In this document: one piece after another, positions 27,586-36,985 of the stretch | Position numbering within the stretch: the stretch's first letter is position 1 | Layout: each line of letters opens with the position of its first letter | Source: a virus | Lineage: Duplodnaviria; Caudoviricetes | IMG/VR virus record: IMGVR_UViG_3300005445_000001 | Coordinates: 21,651 to 85,650 of that record | Reading direction: 5' to 3' (one strand) | Length of the DNA stretch: 64,000 nucleotides | The notes under the pieces: generated by a model | Seen by the model: only the letters and a program-made list of their open reading frames with translations | Told to the model about the DNA's origin: nothing | Database searches by the model: none | Translations under genes and position numbers: made by a program

Positions 27586-27791
27586 TGCCAAGGTTTGTCA
27601 ACGTTCGGATCAACCTGACCGATCTTCCCGGCGCGCTATCCGAGAGCGTTCGTGCTGTGCTCACGAATCGACAAGTGATTCGTCACTTGATGGAGACTGG
27701 ATACGCGCCGCATATCATCGAGTCGATCATCAACGAGATCGGCCGAAACGGAGCACAGAACGTGCTCTCTGTCTCCGAGGAGATCGATTGA
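27585..27791 (+). CDS. hypothetical protein
   Basis: TAATG overlap. Confidence 0.55.
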   Translation: MPRFVNVRINLTDLPGALSESVRAVLTNRQVIRHLMETGYAPHIIESIINEIGRNGAQNVLSVSEEID

Positions 27792-28072
27792 GCTTCTTCC
27801 AACGCATGCTTCGAATCGATCCGAGCTACGGAACTCAAGACCATCAAGTCAAGTTCATGGAGCGCAGGAACGAGATCCAGAGACGCTATCCGTGCTTCAT
27901 GGATCATTCAAACGGATTTATGATCTGTCACACGCCGGGATGCAAACATCCCAACGAGCATAAACTCAACGATCCGCACCGTCATCCCGAGGGGGAACAC
28001 GGGCCATGCTGCTACAGCGAGGCCGCATGGAAAGAGATCTATGAGTGGCAACGCTCGCCGAGGCGAGCGTGA
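27788..28072 (+). CDS. Cys/His-rich hypothetical protein
   Basis: TTGA overlap; CHTPGCKHPNEH. Confidence 0.5.
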   Translation: MSFFQRMLRIDPSYGTQDHQVKFMERRNEIQRRYPCFMDHSNGFMICHTPGCKHPNEHKLNDPHRHPEGEHGPCCYSEAAWKEIYEWQRSPRRA

Positions 28073-28464
28073 GCTGCCCACAACATCCAGATGCCAAGAT
28101 GGTGCTCACGCGATCTCATTCGTGGCGTGTTTGTATCTATCCAAGATGTGAATATTTCGAGGTAACCAACATGCCGAAGATCTTCAATGTCATCGTCGTT
28201 CACGACGTCTACGCCGTCGCTGAGAGTCAAGAAGCCGCCGTTGCTGCGGTCAAGGAGTTCATTCGCAATGGCGAGCTCAAAGCGAGCGAAACCGCGCTCC
28301 CCATCCACAACGATCGAAACATCCGCGACTCGTGGCGCGAAGAGCGCCCCGTTGTCGGCTCCGATGTTTCCGACGAAGATTTCGACAAGCTCAAAGGCAA
28401 AACGACGATCGACATCTACGCCGACCTATACACGAAGCAACCCAACGGCGCCCAAGCGCGTTAG
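28069..28464 (+). CDS. Zn-ribbon-containing protein
   Basis: CPQH...CIYPRCEY resembles topoisomerase-type Zn ribbons; possible internal start 28171 with GAGGT RBS. Confidence 0.5.
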   Translation: MSCPQHPDAKMVLTRSHSWRVCIYPRCEYFEVTNMPKIFNVIVVHDVYAVAESQEAAVAAVKEFIRNGELKASETALPIHNDRNIRDSWREERPVVGSDVSDEDFDKLKGKTTIDIYADLYTKQPNGAQAR

Positions 28465-28468
28465 GCAC

Positions 28469-28609
28469 ATGGCGCAAGCCAAGGCTCGTAAGGCCTACGT
28501 CGCCGAGAAAAACGAGCTCAACCGTCAACGATGGAAGCGGATCATCGAACGAACGCGCGAGGCCCAAGCTGAGATCGATCGGTTCATCCGTAGTAGACGA
28601 GTCGCGTGA
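28469..28609 (+). CDS. small basic helical protein
   Basis: 46 aa. Confidence 0.45.
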   Translation: MAQAKARKAYVAEKNELNRQRWKRIIERTREAQAEIDRFIRSRRVA

Positions 28610-28647
28610 GGTCGCTCATCAAACCCTAACTGAGATACAATCTGTGG

Positions 28648-29448
28648 ATGGCTGACGTCACCACGGCGCTCGCGAATGCGTCGATCCTCCTGAACTGGTG
28701 GCATGGCGCCGATGTGCCTTGGGCGACCGTCGAAGTGGCGATGGATGATCTCCTGGACGCGGCATTCGACGATGGCGTGGTGCGCGCGGCGACGTTCCAA
28801 TCGAGCGAGCTCGCGCTGTTCTCGACGGCCTTACTCCTCGAGCCTGGACGGATCCAAGACGCGGTAGGAGCCGATGGAGCGGCGATCGTCGGGAACATCA
28901 ACACGACCTCACCAGCGCCGCGCGTGAAGATGATGCGCTCGATCACGGCATGGAGCCGAGGAACGTGGAGAACAGGCTTCGAGCCGCGCAAAGAAGGTTT
29001 GACGGCCTGGATCACGTCGCGCGTTGCGGGCGATGCGCTCGCCGGCACGATCGCCGGAGACTGGGATCCCAACGCTCGGATCGAGGCGTTGACGTTGCTC
29101 AACAAGACGGCGTACCCGCTCGAGTGGCAAGGCGTGATCCTCACGGCGTTGAACAAACTCGACGAGGTGCTCCCTCAATTGCCGCTCCTCCAAGATTCGG
29201 TCGAGCTCGAAGACAAGACCCGATCGACGATCGCTGCGCTGTCACGCGACCTCCGCGGCTCGATCTCGATCCAGCAAGCCGACGTGGCACTAGGTAGGCT
29301 ACCCAGCTTCGGTGCCAGGCTACCAGACGGTAGTACCGTTACGATACCACCACCCCCAGCACAGTCCTGGTACGAGAATAGGAAAATTTGGGTGGGAGTT
29401 GGTGGACTGATCGTGGGCGGTTTGCTCGCCTCGCGTCGATCGCGCTGA
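28648..29448 (+). CDS. tail-anchored membrane protein
   Basis: PPPP-SWYENR-TM-RRSR; TACAAT 6 nt upstream. Confidence 0.7.
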   Translation: MADVTTALANASILLNWWHGADVPWATVEVAMDDLLDAAFDDGVVRAATFQSSELALFSTALLLEPGRIQDAVGADGAAIVGNINTTSPAPRVKMMRSITAWSRGTWRTGFEPRKEGLTAWITSRVAGDALAGTIAGDWDPNARIEALTLLNKTAYPLEWQGVILTALNKLDEVLPQLPLLQDSVELEDKTRSTIAALSRDLRGSISIQQADVALGRLPSFGARLPDGSTVTIPPPPAQSWYENRKIWVGVGGLIVGGLLASRRSR

Positions 29449-29539
29449 AGGCCTGTTCCACGCGTTCCACGGGGGCGCCACGCGACGATTTATATCGATC
29501 CGCGCGCTGGGTGCGGAAACGGTCTAAATTTTGTCTCAG

Positions 29540-29830
29540 CGAGGCTAGAGTCCATTTTTTCAAAATCGGTCAATTTTGATGTATCACAAAGTACAAACTC
29601 CAAAATTCTACTTCTCAAGTATTTGATCTCTAGTTTATTAGATCTTTTTTATGAAAATGTTGTAAAGCCCCGGAAGGTCGTTTTTTTTGTTGTGGAGTTA
29701 TAGGTATTTAAGTAAATTGTAACTTCTATTGAAATACCTACATTGGGGACCCCTTACAATTTAATGATCGTTTGTGAGGAATATATACAGGTGGAGAACA
29801 CCAAACCTCCAATTGTGTTGGTCTGCCAAC
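29540..29830. other. AT-rich non-coding region, candidate replication origin
   Basis: 28-35% GC in three hand-counted lines; AGGTATTT/AAATACCT inverted repeat, GGGGACCCC, repeated TTGTAA. Confidence 0.5.
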
Positions 29831-29903
29831 GGATCACTAATGCTGTCGCACGGATCCAACCAAGCAAAAGATCGACTATTCCAGTCAGAAATACGATTTC
29901 TGA

Positions 29904-30167
29904 CTAGGCTGTTGCATGGGGGGTCGAGTCCCCACCTAGCTCACGTATGATCTCGTCCACAATTCCTACGAAATCGTCTCGAGTCATACCAGACGCGTCC
30001 ATGCACATTGCAACTGAGAAGCCAAGTAGCGCATGAGCTAGGAGAACCTCGTTGTACTTGCCCCGATAGGCCTCGAGCTTGACGATAATCTCGATCAGCA
30101 TGCGCGCCGTGATCGGATCTTGGTCAGCGAGACCTTCGAAGTGCTTCTTGAGGTGCTCGATGTTCAT
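29904..30167 (-). CDS. hypothetical helical protein
   Basis: 87 aa. Confidence 0.55.
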   Translation of the reverse strand: MNIEHLKKHFEGLADQDPITARMLIEIIVKLEAYRGKYNEVLLAHALLGFSVAMCMDASGMTRDDFVGIVDEIIRELGGDSTPHATA

Positions 30168-30195
30168 TAATCGAGCGTACCGCTCGACGAGGAGA

Positions 30196-30384
30196 TCACC
30201 TTGCGTGTTCGAGGATCAGCACGATGCCCAAGACCACAACCAAGCCGCCAAGAATCTTCAGCGGCGTCGGGATCAACGGAGCTGTGTCATCGCCGAGGCC
30301 CGAGAACATGAGCCGATTTGGCCATGCTGGATCGCTCTTCACGACCGGAGACCAAACCGGAAGTCTGTTGCTCGTTCGAAACAT
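30196..30384 (-). CDS. small tail-anchored membrane protein (FSGLG)
   Basis: MFSGLGDD; TM ILGGLVVVLGIVLIL; TG-A-TACGCT 7 nt upstream. Confidence 0.65.
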   Translation of the reverse strand: MFRTSNRLPVWSPVVKSDPAWPNRLMFSGLGDDTAPLIPTPLKILGGLVVVLGIVLILEHAR

Positions 30385-30413
30385 GCTCCTCAGCGTATCA
30401 CAGAAACGGAAGG

Positions 30414-30449
30414 GGCATCCTCACTTGAGGGGGCAAGAGTGAGGATGCC
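30414..30449 (-). terminator. 12-bp perfect-stem hairpin downstream of the LuxR gene
   Basis: GGCATCCTCACT...AGTGAGGATGCC, then CCTTCCGTTTCT on the minus strand. Confidence 0.55.
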
Positions 30450-30511
30450 TGGGGCTGCTTGTCGAGGGCTCGCCTTGCCTCCAAACATATCACAGCGTAC
30501 GGAGACGACCA

Positions 30512-30751
30512 CTAATCAAGAGTCGCGAATCCGATCTTGAGCGCCGCGCGCGTGAGCTCGACGTTGTTCCTCATCTCGAGCTTCTTCATCACGTGCATGC
30601 GATGGGTGTCAACGGTCTTCACGCTGACCTCGAGCTCCTTTGCGATCTCATGGTTGGTCAAACCACGAGTCAGTAGCTTTGCGACTTCGACCTCACGACC
30701 AGTAAGGGAATCGAAGGCAAGCTTGAGATCTTCGAGAGTAGTCACATCCAT
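30512..30751 (-). CDS. stand-alone LuxR/GerE-type HTH regulator
   Basis: LTGREVEVAKLLTRGLTNHEIAKELEVSVKTVDTHRMHVMKKL. Confidence 0.9.
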   Translation of the reverse strand: MDVTTLEDLKLAFDSLTGREVEVAKLLTRGLTNHEIAKELEVSVKTVDTHRMHVMKKLEMRNNVELTRAALKIGFATLD

Positions 30752-30781
30752 TTCTAAGAGACTAACTTATCGCGGGGAGAC

Positions 30782-31264
30782 TCAACGCCCGATGTTGGGA
30801 TCGAGAGCCTGGAGATCGGCCAGTGTTGGCGCCTTAGTCCCATCGGGTGGTGCCACGTATGGTTCTCCCTCGACGGCACGTTTCTGTGCGTAGCGTTCGG
30901 CTTCTTTGGCCATCGTGCGCATCTCACGCGCGAGCTCAGCATCGTCGGATGTGTAGTCGGGGAGTGTTGCGATCCGGTTCGCGATCGATCGAAGCGATTC
31001 GAACGGCCAGTTGCGGATCGTCTCGGGTGGACAGTTGGCCATCGCGAACCGAACGATCGCGATCGCGTCGCGTGCAACAATGTTCACAGCGCGCACGAGA
31101 CTTGATGGATCGCCGAGCTTTGCTTGCACGAGATCACTACGAAGCTTTGCGGATTCAGTCTCAGCTTCAGCACGCGCCTTTTGAAGTGCCTGGTATTCTT
31201 CCATCGACAGCGTTACCTGAGCCACTAGATTCCTCCGAGTAGTTTCTGGATCGTTGTTATCCAC
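30782..31264 (-). CDS. coiled-coil hypothetical protein
   Basis: 160 aa; start uncertain. Confidence 0.55.
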   Translation of the reverse strand: MDNNDPETTRRNLVAQVTLSMEEYQALQKARAEAETESAKLRSDLVQAKLGDPSSLVRAVNIVARDAIAIVRFAMANCPPETIRNWPFESLRSIANRIATLPDYTSDDAELAREMRTMAKEAERYAQKRAVEGEPYVAPPDGTKAPTLADLQALDPNIGR

Positions 31265-31402
31265 GCGGGTTGTTCGCTCCGCCCGACGACGAATAGGATC
31301 GGAGCAATCTTTTCAGTTTGGTTGATCACGTACACAGACTCACGATCTATTTCTTCGATGCGAACCGTGTCTCGTCCTGACACCGTGAATACGAGCGCTC
31401 GC

Positions 31403-31792
31403 TCATGCGTCTCCATCGGAGGAGAGATCTTGATCAGGATCGATGTCTTCGGGGGAAGGATCGTGGTTCGAACGTGACGCATGTCTATTTTCTGCACCGG
31501 AGCGGACTGCAGATCGGACTGCAGAGCGGACCGAGCTAGGTTCGATGCGCGGCTCGTTGGGAAGGACACCTCCCAAACGGTGAGCGCGTTGAAGAAAGTA
31601 CGTTTCGCTGATTCCTAGTGCCCCACAGGCTTGGGCCATATCGCCGTCACAGACTTCAAGAGCTTCGCGGTAGATCCTTCGCTCGGCATCTCGCATCTGT
31701 ATGTAATAAGGAGTGTTCCAGTCACGCGGCGGAGAATTTCGTTTTCTACGCTGAGAGAGATAATAGTCCTTATCCTTAGTTGGCTCTTTCAT
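31403..31792 (-). CDS. stand-alone Fis-type (HTH_8) DNA-binding protein
   Basis: ERRIYREALEVCDGDMAQACGALGISETYFLQRAHRLG. Confidence 0.7.
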   Translation of the reverse strand: MKEPTKDKDYYLSQRRKRNSPPRDWNTPYYIQMRDAERRIYREALEVCDGDMAQACGALGISETYFLQRAHRLGGVLPNEPRIEPSSVRSAVRSAVRSGAENRHASRSNHDPSPEDIDPDQDLSSDGDA

Positions 31793-32199
31793 TACTGATC
31801 CGAGCCCTCAAGGGAGTACATTGCGCATCCCGGATCATGGTGCCGTCCACGCTCAATGTGATCGTCGGCTGGGCATGCACAGACCGCGATCGCTGAGCCA
31901 GCTCGGTCAAAGCCGGCTTGCATGAGCCCAGCTCCTAGGGGGGTCCAGAAAATCATCGAGAGCCCAACTACGATGGGTGTAAGCCCGCCCGTCGACGGCA
32001 TTCCAAAGAACGAGACGTCGTAGGCTCGGCCGATAGTCAGCGCAAGGAGCAAGCCCCACCATGCGCCCACACATGCCGGGCAATCCATGAACTCATTCAA
32101 ATTTGAATTATATCTACTCCAAATGAATCGTGAAATCCTGGCGCGACTTCCGAGGTACCAAAGTGCTGGAGTCAAGAGCATGTAAATGGAGATATCCAT
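31792..32199 (-). CDS. DUF1360-like membrane protein
   Basis: CPACVGAWWG between TM segments. Confidence 0.55.
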   Translation of the reverse strand: MDISIYMLLTPALWYLGSRARISRFIWSRYNSNLNEFMDCPACVGAWWGLLLALTIGRAYDVSFFGMPSTGGLTPIVVGLSMIFWTPLGAGLMQAGFDRAGSAIAVCACPADDHIERGRHHDPGCAMYSLEGSDQ

Positions 32200-32200
32200 C

Positions 32201-32653
32201 TCAGTTTCCCTTCTTGTCCTCATCTCCTAGCCGCTCAGCTATTTCCTCAGGGAGTAGATCAGGGGCTTCACCACCGCGCGCGACGCTAGCGCCTGGCGCA
32301 CCCGTCCAACTAGGACAGAGATAAGTTGAGGCAATGAAGTCTCCTCCACCCTTACCAGCTTTGCAGACGCCCCAGATTCCACGCTCGAGTCCTCCATCAA
32401 AATCGGGAACCATTCTACGAATGTTCATCACTCTAGGGTCATTTTCTCCGTGGGGGGATGTCAAAGAGATTTGCACTCCTTTGGCTAGGAGGGAGGCACG
32501 CGCCTTTTGCCACCAGAGGTCTTTGGCCTTGTCCACATCGAAATGTCTGCAATTCCAACATCCTTGAGATCGTTCAAACACTCGATCTGGGAACATTCCT
32601 AATTTGGCTGCTTGATCGACGTTTCCGAGGCGCTTTCCGAGCTTTTTACTCAT
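32201..32653 (-). CDS. four-Cys metal-binding protein
   Basis: CWNCRHF...GVC...YLCPSW. Confidence 0.55.
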   Translation of the reverse strand: MSKKLGKRLGNVDQAAKLGMFPDRVFERSQGCWNCRHFDVDKAKDLWWQKARASLLAKGVQISLTSPHGENDPRVMNIRRMVPDFDGGLERGIWGVCKAGKGGGDFIASTYLCPSWTGAPGASVARGGEAPDLLPEEIAERLGDEDKKGN

Positions 32654-32729
32654 CTCGAGGCGATACTAGTGACTCTCTGTCCTCAGAGCAAATTTGCGCT
32701 CTACTAGCACTAGAGATAAGGATTAACAC

Positions 32730-34829
32730 GTGACCAAAGCCCCGACGAACACCCAAGCAATGCCGTTCGATCCGGCCAAATTCGATACACTCAACGAGCC
32801 ACTCATCGTACGCGTTGAGAAACTCCGTGGAAACACGCGGTCACCTGTTCCTCTCCCTTCAACGGAAGAGGGCGGAGTAGGTGGAGTTGGATGGTCGAAG
32901 GATGACGTTCGAGGCCTCGAACAGTGGCTCGTAACGGCGTGGGCGGGTGGCGGGCTCTACGAGATCGTGGTTACTGACTCGTCACAGCCGCAGTCGGTTA
33001 CGATGCGCTGGCGCTCGTTCTACAGCCCGTCCGAGTATCCAGAGAAGACCCCTCCGCCGCTTGCTGGCGCTGCGACTCAGCTCCCACAACCCCAACCTCA
33101 GGTGCGACAACCTATGAGCTCAGCCTTCCCCAACGGCCTCCCCGTATTTCCCGGTGTGGGTCAGTTCCCGGCTCCGCAGCCGAATTATCAGCAACCTTCT
33201 TACTACTATCCGACGCCACCCCCTACGGGCTACGGGTACGGGATGCAGTCCAACCAACCAGGGTTCGACCCATCGCGCACGGCGATGGAACAAACGATCC
33301 GAGACATGCAAGCGCAGATGGCCCGCGAGCGCGAGACTGCGCTCCAACAGAAGTACGACGCTGCGATCGCGGCGCAGCGCGAGAGCACACGCGCCGAGAC
33401 TGCGCGGCTCGAGTCTCGATTCAGCGAGCTCGCTGCAATCGTCACGCAGCTAGCTCAGGGGATCAAAGACGGCCCAGCGAACCGCATCGACCCTCAGATC
33501 GAAGCGCTCAAGGAGAACAATCGTCAGCTCGCTGCGAACGCAGAAGCCGAACGGCGCGAGCGTGAGGCAGAGCGTCGTGAGCGTGAGATGAAAGATCTGA
33601 TCACGCAGATGGCGGCAAACTCACAGCGTCAGATCGAGATGATGCAACAGCAGTTCACGCAGATGCAACAGCAGATGGTGACGCAGGGTCGTCAACACGA
33701 TCCACTGATCGCGATGTTCCAAGAGCAACAGCGAATGCAGATCGAAGTCGCCAAGGAGCAAGCACGAGCTCAACAGGCGAGCGTAGAGAAATTGATCCCG
33801 TTCATGATGAACCCACGCGAGGCAGTGGCGCTCGCACGTGAGAGCTCGAACGGCATCGACGTGATCACGAACCAGGTCTCGCGCGCGTTCGGCGGCGTGA
33901 TCGAGCTCCAAGGAAAGGTGATGGAGAACCTCTCACAGATGCAGGGTGGAGATACGCCGGTGACGTTGATCAAGGATGGCATCGAGCGCGCGACCGATAT
34001 GGCTCAGCGTTGGATGGCGGGCAAGACGAAAGAAGCGATTGCGACGCAGCAAGCGCAAGCACAGGTCGCCCATGCTCAGGCGCAAGCGGTTGCTGCTCAG
34101 GCGATGTACGCAGCACAGGCTGCTCAAGCAGAGCAACAGCCGCAACCTCCGCCGCGTGTCGTGCACGCGCCTCCAGCGCCACCGGTTCAACAGCAACTGT
34201 CTGGTCCGAACGTGTCTTCGCCGGCACAGAAGAGTGGCGCGACGCAATTCGAGTTTGCTCCTAACTCACAGGGCTCAGGCGGCTCCAACGGAACCGCTCA
34301 ACCGATCCCACAACAAGCTGCACCTGTAGCTTCCACGCCCGTTCCTGTTCCAGCTGGGCCACCGAAACGGCACGGTCGCACCGACGAGGAATGGTTCGGT
34401 CCACTCATGCCCGAGGTCTTGAAGATGCGAACGGGCGTGGCGCGCGCGATCGAAAGTGCCACGATGAAGCCGCCCAGGCTCGACAAGGCGACACACAAGA
34501 TCGATGGCATCGAGCCGGATCAGGTTGCGAACTACATCTTGCAGGCCGCAATGATCGTGATGCAGCAACGCATGCCAATTCCGGTGATGGTCGAGCTCTT
34601 CATGCAACAACAGTTCGACATGATGATGGACGTGCTGTTGCCTGATGCACCATTCCCGTACAAGGCTGAGGTGATCCAGTCGCTCGTGGCACAGATGCAA
34701 GGCAAGGAACCAGATGAGCCAGACGAGCCCGAAGAAGATGACGACGACGAAGAAAGTGACGAGAACGACGGCGACGATCGCAAGCTCGAAGAGCGAACGA
34801 CGAAAGCGCGTCCGTCGGCCCAAGCGTGA
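32730..34829 (+). CDS. 699-aa Gln/Pro-rich coiled-coil protein
   Basis: P/Q/Y low-complexity segments, long heptad region, acidic tail. Confidence 0.8.
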   Translation: MTKAPTNTQAMPFDPAKFDTLNEPLIVRVEKLRGNTRSPVPLPSTEEGGVGGVGWSKDDVRGLEQWLVTAWAGGGLYEIVVTDSSQPQSVTMRWRSFYSPSEYPEKTPPPLAGAATQLPQPQPQVRQPMSSAFPNGLPVFPGVGQFPAPQPNYQQPSYYYPTPPPTGYGYGMQSNQPGFDPSRTAMEQTIRDMQAQMARERETALQQKYDAAIAAQRESTRAETARLESRFSELAAIVTQLAQGIKDGPANRIDPQIEALKENNRQLAANAEAERREREAERREREMKDLITQMAANSQRQIEMMQQQFTQMQQQMVTQGRQHDPLIAMFQEQQRMQIEVAKEQARAQQASVEKLIPFMMNPREAVALARESSNGIDVITNQVSRAFGGVIELQGKVMENLSQMQGGDTPVTLIKDGIERATDMAQRWMAGKTKEAIATQQAQAQVAHAQAQAVAAQAMYAAQAAQAEQQPQPPPRVVHAPPAPPVQQQLSGPNVSSPAQKSGATQFEFAPNSQGSGGSNGTAQPIPQQAAPVASTPVPVPAGPPKRHGRTDEEWFGPLMPEVLKMRTGVARAIESATMKPPRLDKATHKIDGIEPDQVANYILQAAMIVMQQRMPIPVMVELFMQQQFDMMMDVLLPDAPFPYKAEVIQSLVAQMQGKEPDEPDEPEEDDDDEESDENDGDDRKLEERTTKARPSAQA

Positions 34830-34893
34830 TTGTCGCTGTTGGTTCTGCGTTGCCAAGCGGCGATACCTCCGCGCGATGTTGTAGGCTCTGAAG

Positions 34894-35109
34894 GTGGCAG
34901 ACGAATCTAAAAAACCTCAACCACCTCCCCTGAAGCTCGCAAATGCGGGCCGTCATCTTCGCAAGCGATCTCGTGTCTACTGCCAAGAACTCGATAAGTT
35001 CAAATCGAACCTTGTAACCTTTGCTTGTGTCGAGACTACCGAAGAAGATCTCGAGGCCTCGGCGCTAGACTTTGCTCGCGCATGGATAGGTTGCGGTGGC
35101 TTCCTGTGA
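34894..35109 (+). CDS. hypothetical protein
   Basis: 71 aa. Confidence 0.45.
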   Translation: MADESKKPQPPPLKLANAGRHLRKRSRVYCQELDKFKSNLVTFACVETTEEDLEASALDFARAWIGCGGFL

Positions 35110-35402
35110 AGACGATCTTTTGGATCGCGATCTTCTTGACGTGTGCTGGGATCAGTTGGGTCGTGTTCGATGACTTCGGCTTTCACTACGTCATCGCTGC
35201 GGGTGTTGTCGCGAGCGCATACGTCTTGATTTGTATCGATGGACACCCCAAGGATCAGCTAACGCCTAAGGAGCCAGATAAACCAAGGAACGGTTTCTTT
35301 GTGTTCCTCGTGTCGCTATTGATCGGCCTCTTGTGGCCGGCATTGCCGATCCTCATCGCCGCGGGGCGCGTGAAGACCGATGATACCGACGGGGCCGCTT
35401 GA
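35106..35402 (+). CDS. three-TM membrane protein
   Basis: GTGA overlap; three hydrophobic segments. Confidence 0.55.
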   Translation: MKTIFWIAIFLTCAGISWVVFDDFGFHYVIAAGVVASAYVLICIDGHPKDQLTPKEPDKPRNGFFVFLVSLLIGLLWPALPILIAAGRVKTDDTDGAA

Positions 35403-35643
35403 GGCCTGCAAGCCCGGTGTGACGAGCATCGAAGATGCGCAGCAACACGAACACGCTCATGAGGCCGCTTGCGATCGCGGCGCCCATAAATGCACGTTTA
35501 GCATCGATTCCTACTACCATCATGGCGGGCGCGATCAGAATCGTACGCGCCACTGTCCAACCCGCGAGCCGCAACCCTGAGCCCTTGTCCTTTTCCAACA
35601 CGTCTGCCGCCGTGCGGTAGGTAGGAAGCGCGAACTGAGCCAT
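35353..35643 (-). CDS. membrane protein with Arg-rich tail
   Basis: Two hydrophobic helices then GLAGLKRPRRYHRSSRAPRR; TG-G-TATACT upstream. Confidence 0.6.
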   Translation of the reverse strand: MAQFALPTYRTAADVLEKDKGSGLRLAGWTVARTILIAPAMMVVGIDAKRAFMGAAIASGLMSVFVLLRIFDARHTGLAGLKRPRRYHRSSRAPRR

Positions 35644-36310
35644 GACCGAAGAGAGTATACCAAACCCAACCAAGCACGGTCCACTTCGTCTCGCTTTGGG
35701 GCTTCCGGCCTACCGTGGGCACATTCAGGCTGAGCAAGCTCGAATGTGGACCGAGCTCGGTGCTGCGCTCGCACAAGACGAGAAACGGGTCCAGCTTGCG
35801 GCGTTCATCAACGTCGACACGTGTGGGATAGATCGAGCTCGAAACCTCATGCTCGCTGCAGCGATGCAAGCCAACGCTGATTGGCTTTTGATGATCGACA
35901 GCGACACGTGGGTCGTGACGAGTGAATATGCAAGTTCAGGATTCCAGCTTCTAGAGATGATCCACTCAGGTGAGAATCTAGATGCGACGATCATTGGTGC
36001 GCCGGTTAAGCGTCGTGGTGGCGAAGGCCTCGCGGTGTACGTGCGCAAGCACGACAAGCTGTTCGCCGTGAAAATCACCGACGCAACTGCACTCACCGTT
36101 GTCGAATGTGACGCGATCGGTGCTGCGGTGATGGCGATCAACCTAGGCAAGCTCCAACTTGATGATCGGTTCGTGTTCACTGATCAAGAAGGTGAGGATC
36201 TCAACTTCTGTCGCAAGCTTCGCGATCGAGGAGACAAGATCCTCGTCGACACTCGCGTGCAGACCGCTCACATTGCCCGAGGAACAATTCTCCTCAGCAA
36301 GGATCCGTGA
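35642..36310 (+). CDS. GT2/GT-A family glycosyltransferase
   Basis: LPAY, IDRARN, LLMIDSD (DxD), GEDLNFC, DTRVQTAH. Confidence 0.85.
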   Translation: MTEESIPNPTKHGPLRLALGLPAYRGHIQAEQARMWTELGAALAQDEKRVQLAAFINVDTCGIDRARNLMLAAAMQANADWLLMIDSDTWVVTSEYASSGFQLLEMIHSGENLDATIIGAPVKRRGGEGLAVYVRKHDKLFAVKITDATALTVVECDAIGAAVMAINLGKLQLDDRFVFTDQEGEDLNFCRKLRDRGDKILVDTRVQTAHIARGTILLSKDP

Positions 36311-36588
36311 TGGCTAGCGCAGAAGACCTCGAAGACGCGTTCATGCTCCTCGCGAGCACCGTGCAAGACCTCTCCGATCAAGGCATCCCAGACATGTTCT
36401 TGATGGGCGTGATGTTCTCGCTCGCCGCGCGAGGCGCGAAGGCCGTCGGCGTGTCGCAAGAAACAGCCTCGAAGATCGTCGAGATCGCATGGAAGTACGA
36501 AGATCCAGCCGAGGCCGCGGTAGAAATGGCAGATCTGGTTCGTGGTCTCGAAGATCGTGGGCCAAACGGAAGTGACACCGAGCACTAA
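36307..36588 (+). CDS. hypothetical acidic helical protein
   Basis: 93 aa. Confidence 0.55.
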   Translation: MMASAEDLEDAFMLLASTVQDLSDQGIPDMFLMGVMFSLAARGAKAVGVSQETASKIVEIAWKYEDPAEAAVEMADLVRGLEDRGPNGSDTEH

Positions 36589-36590
36589 AA

Positions 36591-36764
36591 ATGGATGGCC
36601 CCAGAAAGTGCACGGGATGTGGACTCGATTTCACACCTAGTCCCAAGCTCTGCAAGATCTACCTCGCACGCGGCAAGGATCCGTCACGCATCAAGGTGTG
36701 CCCGTCTTGCGTGCTCAAGGTGATCTTTGAAATCGTCGAGGAAGACGACGTCAAGCCGAGTTAG
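36591..36764 (+). CDS. 57-aa Zn-ribbon protein (not in ORF track)
   Basis: CTGCGLDF...CPSC. Confidence 0.6.
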   Translation: MDGPRKCTGCGLDFTPSPKLCKIYLARGKDPSRIKVCPSCVLKVIFEIVEEDDVKPS

Positions 36765-36766
36765 AG

Positions 36767-36985
36767 GTGAAGAAACTCGATCCGCGTGGAGCTCGTCCAG
36801 GAGTGATGCCAGAGGTCACGCGAGACGTGACGATCGTGGAGATGCTCCAAGCGATGAGCCGATACTCAGACGACGATGTGTTTCGATGGTTCGTCGTGTC
36901 GAGGATCAATGCCGATGGCGAACCTGAGCACGTCGAGACGCTTCGCTTGACTGTTGGCCAAGCTCGAAAAGATCTTGGACTCTAG
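36767..36985 (+). CDS. hypothetical protein
   Basis: 72 aa. Confidence 0.5.
   Translation: MKKLDPRGARPGVMPEVTRDVTIVEMLQAMSRYSDDDVFRWFVVSRINADGEPEHVETLRLTVGQARKDLGL

Noticed and set aside
31225-31482. Possible extra minus-strand gene (MRHVRTTILPP...)
   Set aside because: It overlaps both neighbours by 40-80 nt with no clear start signal, so I cannot support it
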